The notes: generated from the sequence alone by a model not told the origin. A stretch of DNA of 64,000 bases from Deferribacterales bacterium (GCA_050251945.1 JBFWLW010000006.1:32001-96000); one strand, 5' to 3'; positions 1 to 10,259 are shown, numbered from the stretch's first letter. Numbers and translations are program-made.

Positions 1-1
1 C

Positions 2-916
2 ATCATCGTCGGAGGCGATTCACACACACTGCTTGGCGATTTTGATAATGCGGCGGGACCTTACCCGACTTTTGCAGAAAACAGAAACGGCGACAAGGTA
101 TGCATCGTTCAGGCATGGGAACACGGCAAGGTCGTGGGGTTTCTTATTGCTGATTTTGACGGCGGCAAGATACGCTCATGCGGCGGTAAGCCCTACCTGA
201 CAGCAGTTGAGGACGACAAACAGACTGCTGAAATAATATCAAAATACTCTTCGCAGGTACAAACACTGAAAAATTCCGTTGCCGGAATTGCGGAAGAGGA
301 GATAACCCACAGACGCACCCCCGCCGGTGCAGACCCTTATTCAGGGTCGGAAGTTGTTCCTCTCGTGGCACAATCGTTCTTTGAAGCCAGCAGACGGGCG
401 GATTTCAGCATACAGAATGCCGGCGGTATCCGCATGAGTATCCCGAAAGGTGACATCACAGTGGACGACGTGTATACGATGCTTCCCTTTTCCAACACTA
501 TCTTTGAAATTGAGCTTTACGGTCGCGAGGTCAAAGAACTGCTTGAAGACCAGATGCAGTCGGTCATAGATAAGGGTCCGAAAGGCGGATTCCCCTATTC
601 GTACGGTCTGCGCTACTCCATAAACGGCAAAAATCAATACGGCGAGCGGGTTAGCGATATTGAGATCAAAGACAAAAATACCGGAAAATGGATTGCTGTC
701 CAGCCTGACAAACTCTATGTCACAGCCACTAACTCGTTCCTTGCCAAAGGAAAAGACGGTTATAAGGTATTCCGGAGAGTCATAAAGGCACGCAGCACCG
801 GCACCGACACGGGGCTTGGCTATGCCGAAACCTTCATAGAGTTTCTGCAAAGGCACAAGACAATAAAGAAACTGCCGAAAGAGGAATATCCCATCAAAAG
901 CTACATTGAGCCGTAA
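2..916 (+). CDS. 5'-nucleotidase / NAD nucleotidase family (bifunctional metallophosphatase), 5'-truncated by window edge
   Basis: Frame open from base 2 ([14 protein letters not shown]); C-terminal domain motifs [22 protein letters not shown]. Confidence 0.9.
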   Translation: MIVGGDSHTLLGDFDNAAGPYPTFAENRNGDKVCIVQAWEHGKVVGFLIADFDGGKIRSCGGKPYLTAVEDDKQTAEIISKYSSQVQTLKNSVAGIAEEEITHRRTPAGADPYSGSEVVPLVAQSFFEASRRADFSIQNAGGIRMSIPKGDITVDDVYTMLPFSNTIFEIELYGREVKELLEDQMQSVIDKGPKGGFPYSYGLRYSINGKNQYGERVSDIEIKDKNTGKWIAVQPDKLYVTATNSFLAKGKDGYKVFRRVIKARSTGTDTGLGYAETFIEFLQRHKTIKKLPKEEYPIKSYIEP

Positions 917-1001
917 TCTGACCGATTCGGCACAGGTTCTGAACCGCGGTGTACTTATCACAATCTCCCGACGTGCTATTATGCATGAAAAGGAGGCATA
1001 T

Positions 1002-1520
1002 ATGAGATACTTTACCTTCGTAATAATCACTTTACTTGCTGTTTCCGCATATGCGGCGGACTTCAGAGTGATCGTCCCCACAGAGAAAAACGGCGTTTTA
1101 TCCAACGAACAGGTGTTCAACGGATTCGGCTGTTCAGGCGAGAACGTTTCTCCGGAAGTGGTCTGGGAAAACCCGCCGAAAGGTACAAAAAGTTTCGCTC
1201 TCACAGTATACGACCCTGATGCTCCCACAGGCTCCGGCTGGTGGCACTGGGTTGTGACCGACATCCCCGCAAACGTTCACAGGGCAGAAAAGGGTAAAGC
1301 ACCTGATGGGAGTGTCCAGTCAGGTACTGATTTCGGCAGACCCGGCTACGGAGGACCCTGTCCGCCAGAGGGAACAAACCACAGATACATATTCACAGTA
1401 ACAGCGCTTAAGGTTGAAAAACTCGGTATCGACTCCTCTGCAAGCGGCGCTCTGGCAGGGTTCATGATAAACATGAACGCCATAGGCAAAGCTACTGCAA
1501 TCGTGCGCTACGGAAGATAA
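1002..1520 (+). CDS. YbhB/YbcL family (PEBP/Raf kinase inhibitor-like) periplasmic protein
   Basis: [13 protein letters not shown] and YGGPCPP..HRY motifs; signal peptide; AAGGAGG before ATG 1002. Confidence 0.92.
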   Translation: MRYFTFVIITLLAVSAYAADFRVIVPTEKNGVLSNEQVFNGFGCSGENVSPEVVWENPPKGTKSFALTVYDPDAPTGSGWWHWVVTDIPANVHRAEKGKAPDGSVQSGTDFGRPGYGGPCPPEGTNHRYIFTVTALKVEKLGIDSSASGALAGFMINMNAIGKATAIVRYGR

Positions 1521-1525
1521 ATTTT

Positions 1526-1548
1526 CGGGTGCGGTAAAAACGCACCCG
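1526..1548. terminator. Stem-loop after ybcL-like gene
   Basis: CGGGTGCG-GTAAAAA-CGCACCCG perfect 8-bp stem; weak U-tract. Confidence 0.5.
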
Positions 1549-1574
1549 TATTATACTTTCTACTAAGGTGAAAC

Positions 1575-2378
1575 ATGAGCAGAGAGATACGTTCCAGAAA
1601 AAATGTAGGCGCGGTGGGCACCATCGTTCAGGCATGCGAGGAGACGCTTTATAACCTTGCAATAGCCGACCCCTGCGTGATCATGGTGGAACTTGGCACC
1701 AAAAAGATGAAATCAAAGGAAAAAGGGTTTGAAATACGCTCTGCGCAGGCGCTTGCCATCTGGAATACGGTTTACATTGACGTTACTAACCTTAAGGCGG
1801 ATTCAGGTTTCTATCAGGCGTCGTGGATTGCATGGGACAGAGAACTCATTTCCGCATACGTCCTTAACCGCGCGGCAAAAAAGAACGACGCCAGAAGAGA
1901 CGTTGTTCATATACCGAAAACCGATAAAATGCTGAAAGATGCATTTGCAAGAGCCGCGGAAGGCATATCCGACGAATCTGTGCCGGAAGAGATAGCCGAA
2001 CACAGGATGGTTGAACTGCTGATGGTTCTGGACTCAAAAGGGAATTTTTCTCCGCCCGGCGCGGAAGTTCCACTTTCATGGAGACTGCGCAAAATGCTGA
2101 ACAGCGACCCTTCCCACAAATGGCGTGTGGCTGATATGACCAGAGAGGTAGGCATGAGCGAATCCACACTCCGTCGCAGACTTGCGGAAGAAAACATAAA
2201 CGTGGCGGAACTCATTACCGATGTACGGATGTCATATGCGCTCGCCCTTTTGCAGTCCACGGAGATGACAGTAGCCCGTATTGCTTCCGAAACAGGCTAC
2301 GACTGCGTTTCGCGATTCACCGCCCGCTTCCGCACACGTTTCGGGTTCACACCCTCCTCAGTCCGGGGGCAGAGATGA
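1575..2378 (+). CDS. AraC-family transcriptional regulator (YbcM-like)
   Basis: C-terminal double HTH: GMSESTLRRRL...IASETGYDCVSRFTARFRTRFGFTPS. Confidence 0.9.
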   Translation: MSREIRSRKNVGAVGTIVQACEETLYNLAIADPCVIMVELGTKKMKSKEKGFEIRSAQALAIWNTVYIDVTNLKADSGFYQASWIAWDRELISAYVLNRAAKKNDARRDVVHIPKTDKMLKDAFARAAEGISDESVPEEIAEHRMVELLMVLDSKGNFSPPGAEVPLSWRLRKMLNSDPSHKWRVADMTREVGMSESTLRRRLAEENINVAELITDVRMSYALALLQSTEMTVARIASETGYDCVSRFTARFRTRFGFTPSSVRGQR

Positions 2379-3704
2379 TATATCCATGATGCGCTCGTCT
2401 GCTGTCGTAAGCCCTCTGCGCATACTTTCGCGTATGTAGTCCATCCCGTTGTAAAAACATTTAAGCATCACAGACAGCAGAAATCTGCCCTTCGGGGTTA
2501 TCTCCGCATTCTCACCAGAACCGCTCACAGCTCCGAGAAGGCGCAATGCGTTATACTCTATGAAAGGCTTATGGGGAGGATTACCCTCCAGCCCGAACAT
2601 CTCCACCATCATGCGATAACGGTTTATCGCGCTTTTACCGAACGTCACACTTTTTGTAGCGGAGGTCATACCTTCTGATATTCTGTCGGCGTATGTTTTT
2701 AAAGAGAAGGAGTTGGCATAAAGCGTTCCGTCCAGAAAACTGAACGCACCGGAACCAAGTCCGACGTATTCCTGATGTTCCACTACGTATTCGTCTATGT
2801 TCGTACCCGCCTCGTGCGAATAAGCCCATGAAGTTCTCTGAATATAAGGCGCACCCATCATCTGAGTGATTAGCCTGTAATGCCCTGCCTCACTCTCATA
2901 TCCAGCCTTTCCTATCCGGCTGCCGAATTTGTGTCCGGCAAAAGGGGCATACATAAGCGGGTAAAAAGTGACCTGCTGCGGGTTAAGTTTCAGAACAGTA
3001 AAAATATCCTCGCCAAGCTCGTGGGCAGTCTGTCTGGGAAAGTTATACATCATATCGACGTTTACCACCGGAAACAGCTTGAGAATCTCCTCTACCTTGC
3101 GGTACTGTTCCCCGCCGCTGCCGAACTTCATTTTGCGCCCGATACGTTCCAGATATTTATCGTTAAAGGTCTGTATCCCGACGGAAAGCCTGTCCACCCT
3201 GCCCACTGTATGTTCCAGATTCTCAGGGTCTATATGGTTAGGGTCGGTCTCAATTGAAACCTCCTTCACATCAAAAAGCTCCTTCGCAAGGTCTATGGTC
3301 TTCGCCAGTTCTCTGGGGATAACTGTCGTTGTTCCGCCGCCAAAGCAGACTGAGCTGAATTTATATCCCAATGCCGCAGTCATGCGCATCTCGCGGCGCA
3401 GAAAACGGAAATAGTTTGCCGCTGTCTCCTCGTGGAATTTGAATCTATGGAAAGAACAATAAGGACAAAGCGTTACGCAGAAAGGAATATGGATGTAGAG
3501 CATATATGATCTGCCCTCTATGGGCTTCGGAAGGGAAACTATATCCGTTTCGTCGCTGAAACGCAGGTAATACTTTACCGCCTGTTTCATAACTGCGCGG
3601 ACAAGCTTTGCCGAATAGTCCCATTCAATCGCACCTGTGTTCGCATCGGGATTAAAGTGTGATACAGCCTTGGAAAATGAAGTTTCTCTTGGAAAACCGC
3701 TCAA
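2358..3704 (-). CDS. HemN-like class C radical SAM protein, probably menaquinone methyltransferase MqnK/MenK
   Basis: YIHIPFCVTLCPYCSF (CxxxCxxC), FGGGT, RLSVGIQTF, QVTFYPLM, GLGSGA; start (TTG 3704) uncertain. Confidence 0.75.
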   Translation of the reverse strand: MSGFPRETSFSKAVSHFNPDANTGAIEWDYSAKLVRAVMKQAVKYYLRFSDETDIVSLPKPIEGRSYMLYIHIPFCVTLCPYCSFHRFKFHEETAANYFRFLRREMRMTAALGYKFSSVCFGGGTTTVIPRELAKTIDLAKELFDVKEVSIETDPNHIDPENLEHTVGRVDRLSVGIQTFNDKYLERIGRKMKFGSGGEQYRKVEEILKLFPVVNVDMMYNFPRQTAHELGEDIFTVLKLNPQQVTFYPLMYAPFAGHKFGSRIGKAGYESEAGHYRLITQMMGAPYIQRTSWAYSHEAGTNIDEYVVEHQEYVGLGSGAFSFLDGTLYANSFSLKTYADRISEGMTSATKSVTFGKSAINRYRMMVEMFGLEGNPPHKPFIEYNALRLLGAVSGSGENAEITPKGRFLLSVMLKCFYNGMDYIRESMRRGLTTADERIMDISSLPPD

Positions 3705-3880
3705 ATCAGTACCCTCAATAAAATATATTTAATCGTTTGTTTTATATTAATCTCGGGTTCAAAATAAATAAAGAGAAATCGTTCACAAATATACAAAAAG
3801 AGAACCTATCGTGTCTCATTTAGTAAATCAGAACTGAATTTAAAACGGCTGCAGGCAAAAAAAATTATGATTTCAGATTA

Positions 3881-5215
3881 TCAGGAGTAAAGTTCGCGCT
3901 CGATGGTGGTGATAATAAGCTGAACTTCGCGGCTCTCTTTGTACTTATCAGCTATTGAATTGACCGAGTGCAGAACCGTAGAGTGATCTCTTCCGCCGAA
4001 CATTGAGCCGACTTCCTGCAATGAGAGGTTGAGCTTTTCCCTTAGAAGGTACATGGCAACCTGACGGGGCATGGAGATGCTTTTTGTGCGTTTTTTGGAC
4101 TTCATATCAGCCATTTTAACGTTGAAATACGACGAAACAGCCTCAATGATATTATCTGAAGTGACAACCCTGTCCTTTTTCACAAGGAATTTTTCAAGAG
4201 CCTGCGTGGCGAGGTCTATAGTTACTTTGCGCTTATGGAAGCTTGAGAACGCACTCAGGCGCACGAGAGCGCCGATAAGCTCTCTGATGTTCTCCGTAAC
4301 GAGGTTCTCCGCCATAAAAAACGCGACCTCCTGCGGCATGGGAAGCCCCATAAATTCAGCACGCTTGATAAGAATTGCGGTCTTCTCCTCAACACTGGGC
4401 GGCTGGATATCAGCTATCAGCCCCCATGAGAAGCGGCTTTTAAGTCTGTCTTCCATCTCCGGTATCTCTGCGGGGGTCTTATCGCTGGTGATAATTATCT
4501 GTTTCTGGTTATCGTAAAGAGCGTTGAAAGTGTTGAAAAACTCTTCCGTGCTTCGCTGTTTGCCGGAAAGGAACTGGACGTCATCGAAAAGAATAAGGTC
4601 AATATTGCGGTATTTATTCTGAAATTCGTCCATCTTTTTCATTCTGATGGCGTTTATCATCTCGTTGGTGAACGTTTCGCTGGTGCAGTAAAGCACTTTC
4701 ATCTTAGGGAATTTTTCAAGAATACGGTTGCCCACCGCCTGCATCATGTGGGTTTTTCCAAGCCCCACCCCGCCGTATATGAAAAGCGGGTTATACTGCA
4801 TGAACTGCCCTTCGGACACAGCCTGACACGCACTGTATGCAAATTCGTTTGAGCTTCCGGCAACGAAGTTTTCAAAGATATATTCTCTGTTGAGATTATT
4901 GCCGTTCTTTGGCTGCTGTATGATGGTTCCGGCGGGAACGCTGTGACCTTCCGTCTGTGCGGGGCGTTTTTCCGCGCCGACAGTAATGGAGACATCGGCC
5001 TCAACGGCAAGATTCTCCTTAAATACTTTCTTAATCTGAGGAAGATACTTATCTTCCGCCCATTTTTTATAAAATTTGTTTGGTGCGGTAAGTGTTATAA
5101 GGTCGCCGCGCAGCTCCGCCACAGCCATAGGCTCAAGCCAGACCTTGACCTCCTGCTCGGATATCTCTTTACGCAGGTATTTCAGCACTTCTTCCCAGAT
5201 TCCGGTTTCGTCCAT
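3881..5215 (-). CDS. dnaA: Chromosomal replication initiator DnaA
   Basis: YNPLFIYGGVGLGKTH Walker A, DDVQFL, RLKSRF, GGRDHSTVLHS domain IV. Confidence 0.98.
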   Translation of the reverse strand: MDETGIWEEVLKYLRKEISEQEVKVWLEPMAVAELRGDLITLTAPNKFYKKWAEDKYLPQIKKVFKENLAVEADVSITVGAEKRPAQTEGHSVPAGTIIQQPKNGNNLNREYIFENFVAGSSNEFAYSACQAVSEGQFMQYNPLFIYGGVGLGKTHMMQAVGNRILEKFPKMKVLYCTSETFTNEMINAIRMKKMDEFQNKYRNIDLILFDDVQFLSGKQRSTEEFFNTFNALYDNQKQIIITSDKTPAEIPEMEDRLKSRFSWGLIADIQPPSVEEKTAILIKRAEFMGLPMPQEVAFFMAENLVTENIRELIGALVRLSAFSSFHKRKVTIDLATQALEKFLVKKDRVVTSDNIIEAVSSYFNVKMADMKSKKRTKSISMPRQVAMYLLREKLNLSLQEVGSMFGGRDHSTVLHSVNSIADKYKESREVQLIITTIERELYS

Positions 5216-5302
5216 ACTGTCTTAATTATCCTGAAAAAATTGAATGAAAGAATATTATATCAGAACCTCACAAAAATGTATACTGTAACCGAAACAAATT
5301 CA

Positions 5303-6550
5303 TCAGTTCAGTATATACACTGTTTTGGGTCCTTCAAATATCTTAGATGCCTTTTTGATCTCGTCTTTCGTGATGTGACGCAGTACGTCTATATAATTCT
5401 CGAAATAGTCGCTTGAAAGTCCTACGTTCTCAAAGAAACAAGCGTACCATGCCTGTTTGGAGTTGGTCTGCGACTCGGTGAGTATCTTGCCCAGCATATA
5501 GTTTTTCACTGCCTCAAGTTCTTCGTCAGTGAGGGTTTCGGTGAATGTTCTGTTTATTCTGTCTATTGATTCCACGGCATCGGGAATGTTTTCCGAGTTA
5601 AGCCCGATATACGATATGAATCTTGACCGGCAGAGTTTTGATCCGTAAGCCGAACCGACGGAATAGGCATAGCCTTTGTCCTTGCGCAGTTCGTTGAAAT
5701 ATCTGCTGCTCATGCCTCCGCCAAGTATGTCCGCAATGACCTTAATGGAGGGATAATCCTTATCACCCGCATCAGGAGCTGTGTAACCTATGTAAAGTTT
5801 CGCCTGCTTGGCGTTTTTGTCCTTCTCTTCAATTCTGGAATCTTTAGCTATATCACTGCCTTCGCATGAAGGAACATATTCCTTTCCGGCAGGAAGCGCC
5901 GCAAAAACAGCACGAATCCGTCCCATCTGGTCGTCAGTAAAATTGCCTGCCACGGCAAGAGTGATGTTCTTTCCTGCAAACATCTCTTCCGCATATACCT
6001 TCATATCAGCTTCCGTAAGGGATTCAACGCTTTCCAGCGTTCCTTCGGAGGGCATTCCGTAAGGATGCGAACCGTACGTAGCCTTGTTAAAGTTATTGAA
6101 TGATCTTGCAGAAGGGTTGTCTTCTGAAGAAATAATAGCCTCTTTCAGCAGATTCTTTTCACGCTTGAACACCTCGCTGTCAATCACGGGGTTGTTGAGC
6201 ATAGTTGAATAGAACCCTATCAGTTTATCAAATTTGTCTGAAGGGATGGAGAATGAAACCTCCATAAAATCCGAACCCACTGACGCGGATATGCTCCCGC
6301 CGTAGAACTCGACCTGTTTCAGCAGTTCGCTGCTCTTAACCCATGCCGAGGTGAACAGATCGCCCAAGCCGTTATTTTTTTCGGTCTCTCTTATGGTGCC
6401 GCCCTTAACAAAGAATACCACAGACATTGTGTTCGTATAGGGACGTTTGATCTCGATAACTCTGACACCGTTTTCCATAACAGGCTTTCCTCCGGCATAA
6501 ACATAAAGCGCGCTGAACAGACTCAGCAGACAAATTAAAAATATTCTCAT
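5303..6550 (-). CDS. M16 (pitrilysin) family peptidase, non-catalytic-type subunit
   Basis: LGGGMSSRYFNELRKDKGYAYSV, HPYG motifs; HxxEH absent; signal peptide. Confidence 0.85.
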   Translation of the reverse strand: MRIFLICLLSLFSALYVYAGGKPVMENGVRVIEIKRPYTNTMSVVFFVKGGTIRETEKNNGLGDLFTSAWVKSSELLKQVEFYGGSISASVGSDFMEVSFSIPSDKFDKLIGFYSTMLNNPVIDSEVFKREKNLLKEAIISSEDNPSARSFNNFNKATYGSHPYGMPSEGTLESVESLTEADMKVYAEEMFAGKNITLAVAGNFTDDQMGRIRAVFAALPAGKEYVPSCEGSDIAKDSRIEEKDKNAKQAKLYIGYTAPDAGDKDYPSIKVIADILGGGMSSRYFNELRKDKGYAYSVGSAYGSKLCRSRFISYIGLNSENIPDAVESIDRINRTFTETLTDEELEAVKNYMLGKILTESQTNSKQAWYACFFENVGLSSDYFENYIDVLRHITKDEIKKASKIFEGPKTVYILN

Positions 6551-7149
6551 ATCACAAAAACCTTGCGTCCTTCAACCCTAAGTCTGTCCGCGCAGAACAG
6601 CGCAACAGCTTCGGGATATATTCTGTGTTCCTCTTTCAGTATGCGTTCGGAAAGAGTGTGGTCGTCGTCATCCTGCTGAACAGGTACCACCGCCTGAATA
6701 ATAATGCTTCCGTGATCCATCTCCTCGTCAACAAAATGCACTGTGCATCCTGCGAATTTCACTCCGTACTCGAACGCCTGTTTCTGCGCGTCAAGCCCCT
6801 TGAAAGAGGGAAGAAGCGAAGGATGTATATTAAGTATCCTGTTGCGGAACTCGCTTACAAAATATGGAGATATGATACGCATGAATCCAGCCAGACAGAT
6901 AAGCTCCACGCCGTTCTCTCTGAGTATGCGCACCAGTTCCCTGTCGTATGCCTCGCGTCCGTCGAACTCTTTCGGGTTAACGAACACTGCGTTCAGACCC
7001 TGTTCACGTGCGAACTCAAGCCCTTTGGCGTCTGCTTTGTTGCTTATGACAACGGCTATCTTGCCGTTTATAGCGCCTTCGTCTATTTTTTTCTTGATTG
7101 ATATAAAGTTACTGCCGCGACCGGACAGAAGAACAGCTATCTTTTTCAA
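6547..7149 (-). CDS. purN: Phosphoribosylglycinamide formyltransferase
   Basis: LSGRGSN, LAGFMRI, NIHPSLLP, GCTVHFVDEEMDHG. Confidence 0.97.
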   Translation of the reverse strand: MKKIAVLLSGRGSNFISIKKKIDEGAINGKIAVVISNKADAKGLEFAREQGLNAVFVNPKEFDGREAYDRELVRILRENGVELICLAGFMRIISPYFVSEFRNRILNIHPSLLPSFKGLDAQKQAFEYGVKFAGCTVHFVDEEMDHGSIIIQAVVPVQQDDDDHTLSERILKEEHRIYPEAVALFCADRLRVEGRKVFVI

Positions 7150-8171
7150 TTCACACCCTCAATCTCCACTTCGCCTGTGGATGTTACACTGCCTATGACA
7201 GCCGCGTCGTCCAGAAGTTTTATAATTTTATCCGCTTCGGATTTCTCAACGGCAATGATAAAGCCGACGCCCATGTTGAAAACTCTGTAAAGTTCTTTGG
7301 GCGCGACATTTGATCTGTCGAGTATGAATTTATATATTTCGGGCAGTTTGAAGGTTTTCGGGTCAATTTTACACCCTGTGCCTTCGGGAAGCACTCTGGG
7401 AATATTGTCGTAAAATCCGCCGCCTGTGATATGCACCATACCTTTGATGTCGATGCCTTCTGCAAGCAGTTTCATAATATGAGGAACGTATATTTTTGTG
7501 GGGACGAGAAGAGCGTTCTTAAGCTTCGTATCTCCGTATACAACGTCATCGGGTTTCATGTTAAGGCTGTCGAAAAACAGCTTGCGCGCCAATGAAAAAC
7601 CATTGCTGTGAAGACCGCTGGATGATATTCCCACCAGCACGTCGCCCGCCTTTATGCGTTCGCCTGTGATAGCCTTTGGCTTGTCCAGTATACCCACTGC
7701 GAATCCTGCAAGGTCGAAATCATCGCCCGCATACATTCCGGGCATCTCCGCAGTTTCTCCGCCCACAAGAGGACAGTCTGATATGCGGCAGCCCTCGGCA
7801 ATTCCTTTGACAACTTCCGCCATCTTCTCGGCAGAAAGTTTGCCTGTCGCCATATAATCCAGAAAGAACAGCGGTTTTGCGCCTGTCACTATGATATCGT
7901 TTACGCACATTGCAACAAGGTCAACGCCAACCGTGTCAAGTATATTCGTGTCTATAGCCACTTTCAGTTTTGTTCCCACTCCGTCGGTTCCCGACACAAG
8001 AACGGGATGCTCCATGTCCTTCATACAGGACACGTCAAAAAATCCGGCGAATCCGCCGATGCTTCCAAGCACGTTTTTATTGTATGTGGACTCAACCGTC
8101 TTTTTTATAACCGATACAAAACGGTTGCCCTCGTCGATATCCACTCCGCTTGATTTGTAATCCAGAGACAC
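7146..8171 (-). CDS. purM: Phosphoribosylformylglycinamidine cyclo-ligase (AIR synthase)
   Basis: TDGVGTK, DLVAMCVND, GGETAEMPG, SSGLHSNG, HITGGG, FNMGVG. Confidence 0.98.
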   Translation of the reverse strand: MSLDYKSSGVDIDEGNRFVSVIKKTVESTYNKNVLGSIGGFAGFFDVSCMKDMEHPVLVSGTDGVGTKLKVAIDTNILDTVGVDLVAMCVNDIIVTGAKPLFFLDYMATGKLSAEKMAEVVKGIAEGCRISDCPLVGGETAEMPGMYAGDDFDLAGFAVGILDKPKAITGERIKAGDVLVGISSSGLHSNGFSLARKLFFDSLNMKPDDVVYGDTKLKNALLVPTKIYVPHIMKLLAEGIDIKGMVHITGGGFYDNIPRVLPEGTGCKIDPKTFKLPEIYKFILDRSNVAPKELYRVFNMGVGFIIAVEKSEADKIIKLLDDAAVIGSVTSTGEVEIEGVN

Positions 8172-8180
8172 ACTCTCCCC

Positions 8181-9668
8181 CTATTTTCCTTTTACAAGTC
8201 TTTCTATCTCTTTTCTGATGGCGCGCTCCACAAGAACGGGAAGCTCTTCCTCCAGAATACGGGTTATCTTATCTGTAAGAACCTCTTTGATGGCAAATTT
8301 CAGAGTGTCCTCGTCAATCGCCTCGTACACCGCCTCAACAAGTTTTTCCTCGCTGATGCGCAGCAGCGGTTCAGGGTCTATATCCTTCGGTTCAGCCGGC
8401 ATAAATGGTTCCGGTTCATCCGCAGGTTCTTCATCCGCAGGTATATCGGCAGGAGCATCATCCGATCCGATGGGTGCCTCCACCTGCTCTTCCATAACGT
8501 CACTGAGCGAAAGCTCAGCCTGAATATCGGTCAGAACGGTTTCAACCGTCTCGTCCAGTGCCTCTTCCGCATCGTTCAACGTCGCGTCGGCATGCGTCAC
8601 ATCTTCTGAAATGTGTTCTTCGTTTATACCGTCGAGAATGTTGTCAAGCTCGTCCCCTTCCTGTTCCTCAAGCTCGATGAACAGATTCTCCTGTTCATCA
8701 TCCGTCAGTTCGTTGTCCTGTTCAAGCACAACCTCAACAGGTTCCTCCTGTTCCGCTTCTTTCTCCTCAGGGGGGTTCTCGTCAACCTCGACCAGCCCTT
8801 CAAATGAATCATGAGGTTCAGATTCAGACTGTTCAGGTTCATCTTTTATAATTTCTTCCGGCTCGGGGGTTGCCATTGCAAGCTCCGCCGCCAGTCTCTC
8901 TTCTTCTTTTCTGAGTTCCTCTTCGGCGAGAATCTGGTCTTCGTCAACCTCTATCAACCCGTCAAATGCACTGGAGGAAGGTGCCGCCGAACGCGCTATA
9001 TCAGAAAGGGCGTCCTCAGCAACCGACGGCATTTCAACGTTTGTCACAGGATGCACCTGCACAGGCTCGTCAAACACAGGTTCTTCAAAAACCGGTTCTT
9101 CATGTATTTCGGGTTCCGTATGCACAGTTTTTTCTTCAGCAAGCTCTTCGGGAAGAGTTATATCCTCAACGGCAACGGGGAGTTCTTCCTCTTTGGGTTC
9201 CTCCTCCGTGAGCATCATCTCCATCTCTTCGGGGACATCGGTCATTGCCGCAGCAAGTTCCTCATCTGTAGGCGTTTCCGAGATGTCGAGGGTTTCATGA
9301 CGCGGCGCGCCTCTGAATCCGCTGGCTATCTTTTCTTCAAGGGTTTTCGCATCGAAAGGTTTATATATGAAATCGTCTGCGCCGACTATATGGCAGAGAT
9401 TGCTGTCGAACTGGTCAAAAGCGCCTGTGAGCAGGATTATCACAACATTTCCGGCTGCTCCGCGAAGAGCCGCTATCATGTCTTTTGAAGTTATGTCGCC
9501 TAGTTTGTTGTCCAGAAGGATCAGGTCGGGTTTTTCAGTTTTGATATGACTCAGAGATTCTTCTTTGCTGAATACCTTGACAACATCGTATTTTTCCTTG
9601 TCCAGACAAAGGTCTATGACCCTGTGGATGGTGACGCTGTCGTCTACGAGCATTATTCTCTTCTTCAT
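8181..9668 (-). CDS. Response regulator: receiver + long acidic low-complexity linker + RomR/PopZ-like C-terminal helix
   Basis: N-term VDDSVTIHRVI...DLILLD...GADDFIYKPF; Glu/Asp/Pro-rich middle; C-term LPVLVERAIRKEIERLV. Confidence 0.75.
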   Translation of the reverse strand: MKKRIMLVDDSVTIHRVIDLCLDKEKYDVVKVFSKEESLSHIKTEKPDLILLDNKLGDITSKDMIAALRGAAGNVVIILLTGAFDQFDSNLCHIVGADDFIYKPFDAKTLEEKIASGFRGAPRHETLDISETPTDEELAAAMTDVPEEMEMMLTEEEPKEEELPVAVEDITLPEELAEEKTVHTEPEIHEEPVFEEPVFDEPVQVHPVTNVEMPSVAEDALSDIARSAAPSSSAFDGLIEVDEDQILAEEELRKEEERLAAELAMATPEPEEIIKDEPEQSESEPHDSFEGLVEVDENPPEEKEAEQEEPVEVVLEQDNELTDDEQENLFIELEEQEGDELDNILDGINEEHISEDVTHADATLNDAEEALDETVETVLTDIQAELSLSDVMEEQVEAPIGSDDAPADIPADEEPADEPEPFMPAEPKDIDPEPLLRISEEKLVEAVYEAIDEDTLKFAIKEVLTDKITRILEEELPVLVERAIRKEIERLVKGK

Positions 9669-9764
9669 AAAGCACCCCTGACCGATTGATTCACAATTCA
9701 CCGCTTCAGAAAACCTGACAAATCATGATAACATCATAATGCTGATTAATCAACGGATTAAGGC

Positions 9765-10259
9765 TTATCTGCACTCCATTTCGGGCTTGCCGAAACGCTC
9801 GATGATCCGCTTGTTCACACATGCGGGAACAAACTGCGCAACATCGCCTGCGTGCATGGCAACCTCGCGTATGGTGCTTGAGCTTAAGAAGATGTGTTTT
9901 TCAGTTGGCATAAGAAAGACGCTTTCGCAGTCGGGATCCATATTTCTGTTCATGAGGGCAAGCTGAAACTCAAATTCAAAGTCGCTCACCGCGCGCAGAC
10001 CGCGCACAACGACGGTTGCTTTGTGTTTCTTAAGAAAGTTCACCAGCAGACAGGTGAAAGGCACAACGGTGACCTGCGGCATATGTCTCATGGCTTCTTT
10101 CGCCATCTCAACTCTCTCGTCCAGAGAGAACGCAGTCTCCTTTTTCTTATTCTCGGACACGGCAAGAATGACATTGCCGAACAGATTCACCGCCCGTTCA
10201 ACAATATCCACATGCCCGTTTGTCATCGGGTCGAATGTCCCGGGATAGACTGCAATCAT
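9765..10259 (-). CDS. coaD: Pantetheine-phosphate adenylyltransferase
   Basis: YPGTFDPMTNGH, RGLRAVSDFEFE, SSSTIRE. Confidence 0.98.
   Translation of the reverse strand: MIAVYPGTFDPMTNGHVDIVERAVNLFGNVILAVSENKKKETAFSLDERVEMAKEAMRHMPQVTVVPFTCLLVNFLKKHKATVVVRGLRAVSDFEFEFQLALMNRNMDPDCESVFLMPTEKHIFLSSSTIREVAMHAGDVAQFVPACVNKRIIERFGKPEMECR

Noticed and set aside
341..1264. 307-aa - strand ORF
   Set aside because: Antisense to the nucleotidase and ybcL-like genes
3705..3880. oriC downstream of dnaA
   Set aside because: AT-rich, but no DnaA-box cluster visible; more likely the promoter region of the radical SAM gene
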